Source: Ginkgo biloba | Lineage: Eukaryota > Plantae > Ginkgophyta | NCBI GenBank assembly: GCA_024626585.2 | Contig: JANKJI020000002.1 | Span: 266,371,069-266,401,802, forward strand | Length of the DNA: 30,734 nt | Direction of reading: 5' to 3' | Shown: in pieces, positions 20,302-30,734 of the stretch | Layout of the letters: each line of letters opens with the position of its first letter | How positions within the stretch are numbered: position 1 is the stretch's first letter | The notes under the pieces: model-generated | Told to the model about the DNA's origin: nothing | The model's database searches: none | The model's input: only the letters and a program-made list of their open reading frames with translations | Position numbers and translations under genes: made by a program

Positions 20302-23256
20302 TCAAAGGGAAATCATCCATGTCATTATAATCCCAAACTTCTACTGACGACTGACTATTTTAATAGAATGACATATCACTAAATTTTCTTTATTACTCTC
20401 TAGCAACACTCAAAGGGTACATAGAGAAGGAATAGACTTCTCAGAAAGATAAATAATCCTTTAAGTAACGAACTCCAACAACACTTGAAGAAGAAAATCA
20501 AAATGTTGTATTCTCAACCCAAAAAATAATTTAGTCCTAAATAGTATATCAATTTTATAGAGTCATAATCTTTAGTAAGAACATATGAAAAGAAATAAGA
20601 AATTTTACATGTATGATACTATTGTCATAAATTCAATATTTTTATCATCATAATTTTCCATCAGCACTCTACATAAGATTATAATAAATATGCACATAAA
20701 GGATTCCAATCAAATTTCTAAAGCAACAACACTCACACGAGACTTCAATCAAAATGTAATCAATGGAATGGATGATAAGGGTTCATAATCAAATACCCAT
20801 AGTGCATGATACTTGAACATAAACACATTCACCACATTATCATTGGAAAAGAGAAGACATTTATAAAATAGTTTACATTGATATATAATACCTTGGGTTA
20901 CATGCACATGCATGAAAAATATTAAGAAAAATACTAGCATACGTAGGCCAAAGTACAATACAACCACAATGGAAAAACACTTCTAAGTTCACAGAGTATC
21001 TCTTAGGTAGCATGTTTGATCAAGATCTATGAGAAGAGGAATCATATGTATCAAGGACAAGAAAAATAGAAAGAAAATAAAATAGAACAAAGGAATACAC
21101 AAAAGATGGAAAAAAAGATAATTATCTCATCGGTAAAGTTAGGTGGAACCCTTTTTCCTTCTTTCTTATTATTTTTAACCTTATTTTTAGATGGTTGGTG
21201 ATAGTTGTTGAAACTAAAATCCAACAAGTAACTATCATCCCTGCATAATTTCTTTATTTGAGTGACTTCTTCCTTCAACTCTAGTAAACTCTCCCCCTTG
21301 TCACAAGTTGAGTGTACATATTACTCTTAAAATAAATGGAATACTCCTAAGGAAATATATTCGGATATTCATAATAAATATAGGATAAAATTCATAAGTG
21401 ACACCTATATGCTACTCATGGTGAAAATAATCATGCATTCTCTTTAATAAGAGTTATAAGTACAACCATTAAGATCCAAGGAGGGTTAAAATATTGTTAC
21501 ATTAATTATTCCTACTTCAAATCATGGATCATTCATATGAACAAAATTTGATCATGTGCAACCATGTGTCAGAGCCATGTCACCTTCTTTGTCATTCCTT
21601 TTAGTCTTTTATCCTCTCAATGTTTTTGAATTTTAGGTCACTCTGAGTTTTATAAGGAGTGATATGCCCAATCCTCATCCTAATAATGATATGGCCTGAT
21701 ATTTCTAATTATTATAAATATTAATAATCACTTGTTAACTCTATCATATTATTCATTAGGTCTATAATCTGGGGAAAAATATGTTTGATTCATCATGATA
21801 TCTAGACTCCCAAACTCCAAAATATACCTCATTAAATATTAGACGTGCATCTTTTATGAAATGAAATTTTATATTTTATTTTGAGTCTAGTTAGCGAGAG
21901 GTGGATACTATATCTTATTTATCCTAGAACCTAAAATCCAAACCATAATAAATTCTCTTTCCTTTTTATCAACTCAAATTCAACTTAATTTGGGGTCTAC
22001 ACAAGTGTTTGATCGCTTCAAATTCCATAAAGATTCAAACTCCAAAAAGTGTCCTCAAATGATGGTAGACCTAAGTATATTATTATTATAATTTACTCTC
22101 CTATCAAGATTGTGTTTTAAATATTTTTAGTGTTATTTTGGGTCCACATAGCCGCCAACCAAATACTTATTTGATCCACTTCTTTAGATTCTAGAACTCA
22201 AACTTTTGAAAAGGTTTTCATCAATTCTAATTTAACTTTACTTAACTTATTTTAATTAAATTTCATATCCATGGCATCTAATGAAATTGTGGAGAAAATA
22301 CATCTTCGACCAAATCCAAAACCTAAAATATAAACTTCTGCATGTTTCTCTTTGTTTGCTTAGGCTTGATACTTTTTTATGTTTACTTTGGTAAATGGCA
22401 TACTTGGCTTTGTATTTAATGTAAGATCCTAAAAACATGAGATTTTAAATTTTTAATTAACCTCTCGAGTGTCAAGTGCTTCTAGAATTTCATACTCATG
22501 TTGATTGGTGGAGTATGCTTTAGGCTTTATTTCTTCCTACTTTCTACTCAATGAATTCCTCTAACTTTCAATTTGGACTTCACTTGTGAATAAGAAATTT
22601 CCTAGTATATTTACAAAGAAGATTGTAAAGGGGCCCCATTTATGGGTTAATAAGGTATCCTTAATTAGGGAAGCACCCCCTCATGGGGTGTGTAGACCCT
22701 AGAATCTCTGGTTATATAAACACTCCCTACTTACCTGACAAAGGGAAAATTATAATGACACCAATGATTGGGTAAACATAGTAGATAATGATTAAGTTTT
22801 GAGTGAATAAAAAAATGAAGGTAGAAAATAGAAATCTTAAGATCTATAGTCCTAGATCTAGGCTTAGATGTAAATATTCAAATTGTAGAATACATATGGA
22901 TTAGACTATTACTTCAATTGACTTTAATGTTAAAATGGATTATAGTCGAAGAGAGGGAATATTTCTTTACAGAGGTGCGATTAATATGGACATGAGCATA
23001 GTTATTATATTTGATTGGTTTTAAATCCCTGGCCATGGACACTACAAAGCCATTCATCTCAATGTAGTTTGGCAGTCAAATTTCCATACCCCCTATTTCT
23101 CATAATAGTTTACAATCGAACTAGGATGGAACCTAATAAATATCATATATTTTTCCTAAAAGTGTACCACAAGGTGAGTCTAGTACTCTTTCCCCATTTG
23201 TTATTTCTTTAGACACTAAAAAGGTTGATGCTATAACATATGCTTTTTTCTCCACT

Positions 23257-23790
23257 ACCCTTATTGGGTATTTTATAGGCAGACCTCTACCTTAACTTGT
23301 TCCTCAATAATGGATTAAATAAGCCTAGGAGGCTCATGGTTAGAAGGTGATTTTTTTTTATTATCTTACCAAAGGCTTATTCTCCTTTACATTTAATTCT
23401 ATAGAGTCTACAAACTAGGTTCTCCTTCATGGGCCTTGGACCTACAAATGTAACTTAGTCATTCTAAATTGCTGGGAAGTTGATTTTTTTGTTGAAAATG
23501 CGATGTCATATGCATGTCCTATTTGGGTCAAGTTTCATAGACTCCCTCAATTCTTAGGGACATTGTTTCTCCTATTGGAAAAATTATTTTCCATGAGTCT
23601 CATAGGATGTATAACCCCCATCCTCATAAGTAAGTCTGTGTTCAAGTAGATCTTTCCAAGAAATATCATCTTGTCCTTTGGAAATGGTAGGCATTTGCAT
23701 TAGCTTATCAAATACCTAAACATTCCCAAAACCTTCTTTCATTACCAAAGCTCTCATTATAAGATCATGGATTTCTCCCAGTTGGCCAAG
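23257..23790 (+). mobile_element. LINE (L1-like) ORF1 remnant (DUF4283 plus decayed zinc knuckle)
   Basis: Manual translation across stops and frameshifts gives TLIGYFIGR, KGLFSFTFNS...VLLHGPW (23431), PIWVKFHRLP (23518), IVSPIGK, VCVQVDLSK (~23636-23660) and YLNIPKTFFH. This is the motif order of plant L1 ORF1. Confidence 0.8.
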
Positions 23791-24268
23791 TCCAGGCCGC
23801 AAACCCCAACTCCTTCTCCAATGACTACATCTGGTAAAAATAAGAGAAGTAATAGAACTAAAACCTCCTTGGATATCTCTAAAGAGGATGATTGTAAATT
23901 ATTTAAATATATGGGAAAGGCCCTTGCTAGGAAATATAGTATGTATGCAAGTCAACCAAGTCAAATGACTATGCCAAAGAAGAATGTTGCTCCAAAGGTA
24001 CAACTTTCCAAAGCATCAGGGACATTATAGGATGGTCTAGTGTCAAAATATTATTCTACTAAGGAGAAGCATATTATAAAATCCCAGATAGAAACTAGAA
24101 TATATCACATATCTCTTTCGCCACCTTTGGAAGACCAAACTATGCTTCTTTCTCAAGTTATTAAAGGGGAAAGTGGAAGGAAGACCCTGGACCAATACTA
24201 TACCATTTACAATAAATGTACAAGTTTGTTAAAACCTTATAGAATCCATACGAGGTGTTGGCCAACCT

Positions 24269-24368
24269 NNNNNNNNNNNNNNNNNNNNNNNNNNNNNNNN
24301 NNNNNNNNNNNNNNNNNNNNNNNNNNNNNNNNNNNNNNNNNNNNNNNNNNNNNNNNNNNNNNNNNNNN
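24269..24368. other. Assembly gap (100 N)
   Basis: Run of 100 N. Confidence 0.99.
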
Positions 24369-24713
24369 ATGTTGTAGAGACATGCCATAAAACCTGTGTG
24401 TCCCTTCCACAACATTTTTTTCATCTTTTGTGCCTCAATAATTTTGGTTCCTACCTATTTTACCTCATTCAACATATACTGGAAACCCTTTAAGTTGAAG
24501 TTGAGAAAGTCTTCTTTATGATTTGTATTATAATTTCCTATGTCATAGATCCATTACACCCCTAGTACTACATTGATTCCTCCTATTATTGTGATGAAGA
24601 ATGAATCTTTAAGGGTGTATTTGCCTATTTTTAGTTCGACATTTCTTACTATCCCTTTGTAGAATGAATATTTAAGGGTGTATTCTAGCCTTCTTTTATA
24701 AATTTATCCAATT

Positions 24714-25499
24714 TGATGTAGTTGGATGGTGGGTTTAACTTATCAATGCTAAGATCACACTCTCCATCATTTGTCAATGTAAAACACAAAATTTTGTAGT
24801 GTTGGGATTAGAAATTAATGTTATCACTGGTTGCCTCTAAGATCTCAACAAGATTGAGAAGAACCAAGTGTGCTCGACCAATTTAGAAGTCAGGAAATGA
24901 GAGGGATCGATCAATGAAGAATCTTATAATCACATTATAAAGTGTAAAAAATAAATAAATAAATAAATAAATAAACAGAATTCATTCAATCACCACACAT
25001 AAAAATTTCATATGAATAATATATTTTCAATAGGAGAAACCCTCGCAGGGAATAAAAATCTAGGATAATATTATTCCAAATCTATAAGAAAATATAACTA
25101 TCCACCATGGATCTTCCTCACTATCATAGGGTAAATATGATAGTTTACAGTAATTAAATAATTCACAACCAATATAATAGTTGCTTGAGCTACATCCTTT
25201 GGCAATCTACTTGGACACAACTCTGCATATTCACACTCTACATAATCCTACACACATCAACTGACTACATCACACTCAGTGGTCTATCAAGTTTTATCTT
25301 TCACTGAGCTACCTCCAAAGTACTACCTCCCTCTTGATGATCCATTCAAATTATATAACTCACTCTTTCCTAATCATGAATCCATTCTATTGTTCCAACT
25401 GATTCATCCACCAACTCCTCCACTAATAACTCTTCCAAAACCACCTTCTCTGAGCTTATATGCTTCATTTAAATGACTTGGGTGTGTATACCTCAATGG
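24714..25499 (-). mobile_element. Family-A LTR, second copy (solo or 3' LTR; cut by gap)
   Basis: Starts TGATGTA and is colinear with 7332-8126 (shared AGAAGAACCAAGTG, CACATTATAAAGTGTAA, (AAAT)n, GAGAAACCCTCG). No clear PBS or gag sequence is adjacent. Confidence 0.88.
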
Positions 25500-25599
25500 N
25501 NNNNNNNNNNNNNNNNNNNNNNNNNNNNNNNNNNNNNNNNNNNNNNNNNNNNNNNNNNNNNNNNNNNNNNNNNNNNNNNNNNNNNNNNNNNNNNNNNNN
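25500..25599. other. Assembly gap (100 N)
   Basis: Run of 100 N. Confidence 0.99.
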
Positions 25600-26992
25600 T
25601 CCCTATGGAAGATTAATAATGTAGCAGGTTTCATTTGGTTTCCAACCCACTATGGCCCCCTGTTTTTTAATTGTGGATTTGGTCATGAAAATCAATTGAA
25701 AATCATATTTGACAATTATATTTTCTCTCTAGTGTACATGTGGGTTATTTTTTTTAATATGGCATGATTTTTTGTGGTGTTTTTATGCATTCCTCTGCTC
25801 TGCTACATTTTCCTTTCTAGTTAACCATTTAAAATTGTTGTTTTGACTGTAACCCTTTATTTCTGGGCCTGGATATTGATTTTTCCCCCATTCTTCATTC
25901 TATGTGGTATTTTACTCGTTGTAGGGTTGGCCCCTTATTCTGTTTTCTCCCCTGTTGGTTCCCATTTTTCTCATGGTCATATCCTTTCTCTCCCCATCTC
26001 TTCCCTATAGCTTATGCAAGCCTCCCATTCACTGCTTTCCCCTCTTCTCATTGTTCCTCACTGTCCCCTATGTGGGTTGTTCTCAGTCACCCATGCTCTC
26101 TCCTCTCCCTGCATTATTGCTTGACCTCCCACTAGGGTTACCCCTTCCCTGTGGCACCTCATTTTCTGCTTCTTCTCTATGTCCTATGCGGTCCATGTCC
26201 TTTATACACCTCCCTCATGTTCTACCCTTTTCCCTATGAAATCCCTACATCCTCTCCTAGGCTTTCCCTTGCCTTGCTCCCTTGTCGCTCTCCTGTGACC
26301 TCTATGTGCCCTCGGCATTCTCCATGCCCATGCCTCCTTACCTGCAAATCAAAATTGGTAGAACCCTAACAAACCAAAAAAAATTAAAAATAAAAAATTC
26401 AAACCTAAAGTCACTTTGATTTAATATTTTGTTTAGCCCCCTCAATTTTAGCCCCAGTCACATGGAGGGCCATAAGACCACTTCCTAGGGGCTTAAAAGG
26501 TTAAAGAAATTTTGTTAATAACACATCCTTCATTCCACGAAGGGCCATTCGAGTTCGATTTTGTCGCTTCGTGCCTCCTTAGGCATTTAAAACTATTTTT
26601 TTATTTAGAAAGGGTTGCCCTCCTGATTCTCCAAAAATATTGCCAAAGTAACGATAAAAGTACGAGCCATGAGGAGCAATTAAATTCTAGTGTGCATCCA
26701 GGCTTGCCCATTTGTCTAACGACTTTGTCTATTTGTCTAACAAGAATTATTCATTTGTCTAATAGCTTTGTCCATTTGTCTAAAGTGCCTTTATTCATTT
26801 GTCTAATGACTTTATCCATTTGTCTAACGACTTGGTTCGTTTGTCTAACAAACATTAGACCCTCTCTTTGTTCTCTTTTTTGTCCTTGGTCCACAACAAC
26901 AATTCACATTAAAGATTAAAAATGAGGTCGTTGACATATATTTCTCCTACCACGTGTCGATGGATGCACGGTGGGAATTTTTAGTGTCAACA
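25600..26992 (+). mobile_element. Family-B LTR, second copy (no TRIM), followed by PBS-like TTTTGGTGCT
   Basis: Homologous to 1634-2753 plus 3780-4234. Ends in TCAACA, followed by TATTTTGGTGCTAC and then the gap. Confidence 0.72.
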
Positions 26993-27006
26993 TATTTTGG
27001 TGCTAC

Positions 27007-27106
27007 NNNNNNNNNNNNNNNNNNNNNNNNNNNNNNNNNNNNNNNNNNNNNNNNNNNNNNNNNNNNNNNNNNNNNNNNNNNNNNNNNNNNNNNNNNNNNN
27101 NNNNNN
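27007..27106. other. Assembly gap (100 N)
   Basis: Run of 100 N. Confidence 0.99.
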
Positions 27107-27234
27107 GATTGATGAAATTTTATGAATAACATTTACATTTTTGGGTTGGATATTTTATTCAATAGTTATTTTTTGAACCAATAAGAAAAAGGTGGATGGT
27201 TGGACAAGTTTGTAATTGTTCAAGTTATATATAC

Positions 27235-27263
27235 GTGTGTGTGTGTGTGTAGAAAGAGAGAGA
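27235..27263. repeat. Compound microsatellite (GT)8 + (AG)n
   Basis: Read directly from the sequence. Confidence 0.8.
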
Positions 27264-28134
27264 GGGGCGGGGGAGAGCATCTTGCAATAAATAAAACAAA
27301 AATAATACAAGAAATAATATTTACATCATATCAAGCCATTAAACTTGGGATTGGATCAATGTTAACATTTTGGGTTGGATTGGGTTAAATTTCATTAGTA
27401 TTAGTCATTTGACCAATGAGATTTGATCATTTTGTGGGTCGAGGCTCTATCTATCTATGTATCTATATTGGTTTCCTATTGTTTATTTTTCTACATGTTG
27501 TAATCAAGAGCAATTCACCTTTAGATGATAGTGGAGACATTTTGCTTGTTGCTTCATATAGAGACTTTACTTACCAGGCTTCCGCCCAAGATTCCACAAC
27601 AGGGTTCCATGGAGGCAACACCACTTTCTTCAACAAATTTTGGGAGTCTTTGTAGTAGTGGATGCTGGTGAACTGACCTCCAACACTTAGTGCCATCCCT
27701 CCTTTTTACACATTTGACTACTACTCTTGTGATACAATTATAATATGATTGATTTATGTTTTTTATTTATTAAGATATGATATTGAAGATGCCAAACACA
27801 CTCCCTAACTTTGTTGTACATGGAATTTTCAATCCTTATGACTACTTTTGGTCATTTGTTGACATTGTGTAATTTCTTTCTTTTTTTTCTTTAGTTATTT
27901 TCTTTTTTTTTGGGTGTCGGTGAAACCTAGGATAAACTTCCCATAAATTTGTCCATCATGGATAATGTATTATAGTAGAATGGAGACATAACTAGCAGCA
28001 AATTTATGATGTGGCGATGACATGGCAATGTGGAAAGGCATGATGCAACAACAAAGTATAACGTAAACAACGTAATTATGACATGTAATGCCTTGGCCCT
28101 TAGCAAAGTTAAATATAATAATTGTTTGTTATAA

Positions 28135-28811
28135 TCAAGCCACCTGAACAACTATCATGAGGAGGAGAAATGTACAATAGAAACAACTACCCACGACTCA
28201 GAACAATGAAACATTTAAAACTGAGCCTACAACACTTTCCACTTTCTCTTACGATAAGCATTTACTTGCTTTGTAGCACCATTAATCAAACCAAAATCTA
28301 GACTTCATATAGATTTGGTAATAGTATTCTATAATTTAATGGCCTCCTCGTCACTTCCAAGTTGATTTACAATGATATCATAGTTTCTTAAGATAGAAAC
28401 GTCCTTACTATTATTGATTAAGTCATTCATAAAAAATGTGTACCTGGCAATTGGTTTTTCCTCTGGTGGAGAATTGATCTCAAGTGCCATCAAGTTTCTA
28501 AGCAACACCTCAAACTTCTCATCTACTTTGAACTAAGGGAGGTAAAGTGTGAAATTCTCAAACCTTATTTTTGTGATGCCATCACTATGTTTCTTGAATT
28601 TAACTCGTACATTTGTTAACTCTTTTGCAGTTGGAACACTTCCTCTATTTGATGTAGGTAAGGTGGAGTTTGGTTTATGAATTTTCCATATGAATCGCCA
28701 TGTCAACCATATAAACCATGTGATACAACAAGGAAAACAAACAAGTGCAAATATAGTATACAATATTGATTGCAGTTTAGATACATCCTGATTTCCCATT
28801 TGTAGTCTCAA
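28135..28811 (-). pseudogene. DUF247/UPF0481 family pseudogene (C-terminal half, At3g02645-like)
   Basis: One frame reads VPTAKELTNVRVKFK...IRFENFTLYLP*FKVDEKFEVLLRNLMALE...IARYTFFMNDLINNSKDVSILR...NQLGSDEEAIKL*NTITKSI*...VNAYRKRKWKV...SWVVVSIV. A frameshifted hydrophobic tail FLLLMIVVQV follows. At least five in-frame stops (e.g. 28533-28535, 28329-28331). Confidence 0.9.
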
Positions 28812-28960
28812 TCCCGATAGAAAAAATCGTATATGGTAACCATGATAAAATCAATTAGTTGTCCAAGTATATGTCAGTGTTGTATCAAAAGACTCTGTAT
28901 ATTTAAGTAGAGTTGAATATTATAACTGTTCACTCAGATCAAAATTAATTATCATGATTC

Positions 28961-29868
28961 ATGTTGAGCTTTGAGCAAGCATTGAAAAAGAGATGTAGTC
29001 CAACAAAAGAGCAAGTGAGAATACTGGAGAATTTGTACAGCATAGGAATCTAAAAATTTTAACTTCTTAAGAAGAGGGAGTTATGAAGATCAATGACAAG
29101 GAAAAATTGTTTGTAAACATGCCCCAAAGAGATAAAAACATGCTACACTAACATCTCTACAAAACATGCATGATTAATTCGATTACACAGATATTGGGAA
29201 TTTAGGCCTTCTTCTCTGGTATAAATATTTTCTTTAACTTCCCCAAACAACCATAGACTAACTCAAAAAAATAAAATTTATTCCTCTATAAAAATTCATA
29301 ATACTATGGAAATTGGCAGAAGTGGGTGAAGCTCAAGGGTGAATTACCATTTTTAGATAGCAACCATTCAACTCCATCTACTCATGAAATGCTAAGGCGT
29401 CCAAGTTGCAGGAATCAATGTAGTCCAGCAAAAGAGAAAGTGAGAATACTAGAGAATTTTTACATCATAGGAATCTATAAATTTTAACTTCTCAAGAAGA
29501 GGGAGTTGTGAAGATCAATGCTAAGGAAAAATTGATTGGAGAATATGCCCCAAAGAGACGAAAACATTCTACACTAACACATATATAGAATATGCCTAAT
29601 CAATTTGATTGCCCAAATATTGGGAATTTGGGCCTTCTTCTCTAGCATAAATATTTTCTTTAACTTCTGCAAACAACCACAAAGCAAGTCAAAAAATTCA
29701 AATTTATTCCTCTCTAAAAATTCACAATACTATGGAAATTGGCAACAACGGATGAAGCTCAAGGGTGAATTACCATTTTCAAACAACAACCAATCAACTC
29801 AATCTACTCATGAAATGATAATCATTCAACAATGTAAGAATGCTAAGACATTCAAGTTGCAGGCATCT
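28961..29868 (+). pseudogene. WOX (WUSCHEL-related)-like homeobox relic, tandemly duplicated
   Basis: 28961-29053 reads MLSFEQALKKRCSPTKEQVRILENLYSIGI*; 29389-29487 reads MLRRPSCRNQCSPAKEKVRILENFYIIGI. Both match the WOX pattern RWxPTxEQxxILExLYxxG. Similarity to helices 2 and 3 is weak and requires frameshifts. Confidence 0.6.
28993..29868 (+). repeat. Head-to-tail tandem duplication, period 425 bp
   Basis: ATGTAGTCCA at 28993 and 29418; the units align throughout. Unit 2 has an extra ~23 bp near 29817-29840. Confidence 0.95.
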
Positions 29869-30514
29869 AATTGCTCCTTAAAAATTATAAAAATATTATA
29901 GGATTTAGAATGAAAAGGTAGAAATGCATACCTATCTTAGCATTGTGAAACACCTTCAAAGTTCTAAATTATTTTGTTTCTTTCAAGTCCTAGGTAACTT
30001 TCTATGAGTCTAAAACAAGTCACACCAAAACTTAATTTAATCAAACTGATTGGAATTTTGAATCACTATGTAATGTGTAGCTCCAAACTCCAATCTCCAA
30101 ATTTAGTAATGAGCATTCAACTTCTAGTTTTCAATGGTCAGAATTCATGCATTTATAAGAAGATACTGTGAATATGTGATACTTAAATTATTTTTCCAAC
30201 ACAATACTCTAGTCGTAGCATGCTTTTAGATGTTAGATGACATTTTTTAATGGATTCAACATTGAGCTGACTTAGAAGTTATGAGGCATGGCAAGCCATT
30301 CTATGTCTACATGGTTATGCCTACAACTATACTTAATTGCATTATATGTATATATATATATAATATAGAAGCCAAATTTAAAACCAACATGTCAAAATGC
30401 TAATTTTTGAAAAATAATTACCTATCTAAGATGATGGGCAATTTTTTAGAGTTCATGAATTTGAAGGGAAAATTAGATAATAATGTTTATTTTCCCGTCA
30501 AATTTCAACCCTAT

Positions 30515-30612
30515 TATCAACCATATGATCTAGTAATACAACCACATAGCCCAAAAATCCAAGATGTGACTACAATGATTATTAAAGCCACATCAATTAA
30601 ATAAAGTTGTAA
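30515..30612 (+). repeat. Short dispersed repeat, copy 2
   Basis: Matches 11815-11912. Confidence 0.9.
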
Positions 30613-30734
30613 AAATACTAGGGTTAGTACAAAATAATGGTAACATTCAAAGTTTGGATGGCTCTTAGATTCAAACCTACTAATCATAATATAATGTAAT
30701 AATAATCCTCCTAATCATTTTTATTATAATTATC

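Noticed and set aside
22624-22652. TGTAAAGGGGCCCCATTTATGGGTTAA, sharing ~19 bp with 679-697
   Set aside because: Possibly an LTR start, but the similarity ends immediately, so no element can be defined.
7332-25499. The two family-A LTRs as ends of one element that captured the laccase
   Set aside because: The left copy has its PBS and gag on the far side, the copies are strongly diverged, and the laccase retains all its introns.
25902-26369. Pro/Ser/Leu-rich ORFs (also 1923-2449)
   Set aside because: By-products of the CT-rich tract in the family-B LTR, which is poor in stop codons.
29009-29023. Minus-strand SHLL read as the DUF247 HLL motif
   Set aside because: Only 3-4 residues match; the plus-strand WOX-like match over ~20 residues explains the segment better.

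Overview
Eukaryotic plant genomic DNA from a draft scaffold with six 100-N placeholder gaps. A gymnosperm origin is only a tentative inference. The window holds one intact gene, a six-exon laccase of the LAC17/LAC2 type (+, 8875-11159, 580 aa). It has MYB-type AC/SMRE promoter motifs and a miR397 site with a mismatch at miRNA position 9. Upstream lies a three-tier retroelement nest: a decayed CRM-like Ty3/gypsy (-) whose 869-bp LTR ends 674 bp before the laccase ATG, cut off after RNase H by a long LTR of a second family, which itself carries a complete 1021-bp TRIM with a 5-bp TSD. The TRIM's 5' LTR has lost its TATA/polyA segment. Downstream are decayed elements: a large accessory-type ORF, a G-patch-containing remnant, a minisatellite with a 106-bp higher-order period, a LINE ORF1 remnant, and second copies of both LTR families. 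Near the right end are two gene relics that the ORF track does not show clearly: a DUF247/UPF0481 pseudogene (-) head-to-head with a tandemly duplicated WOX-like homeobox relic (+). All alignments and translations were done by eye.
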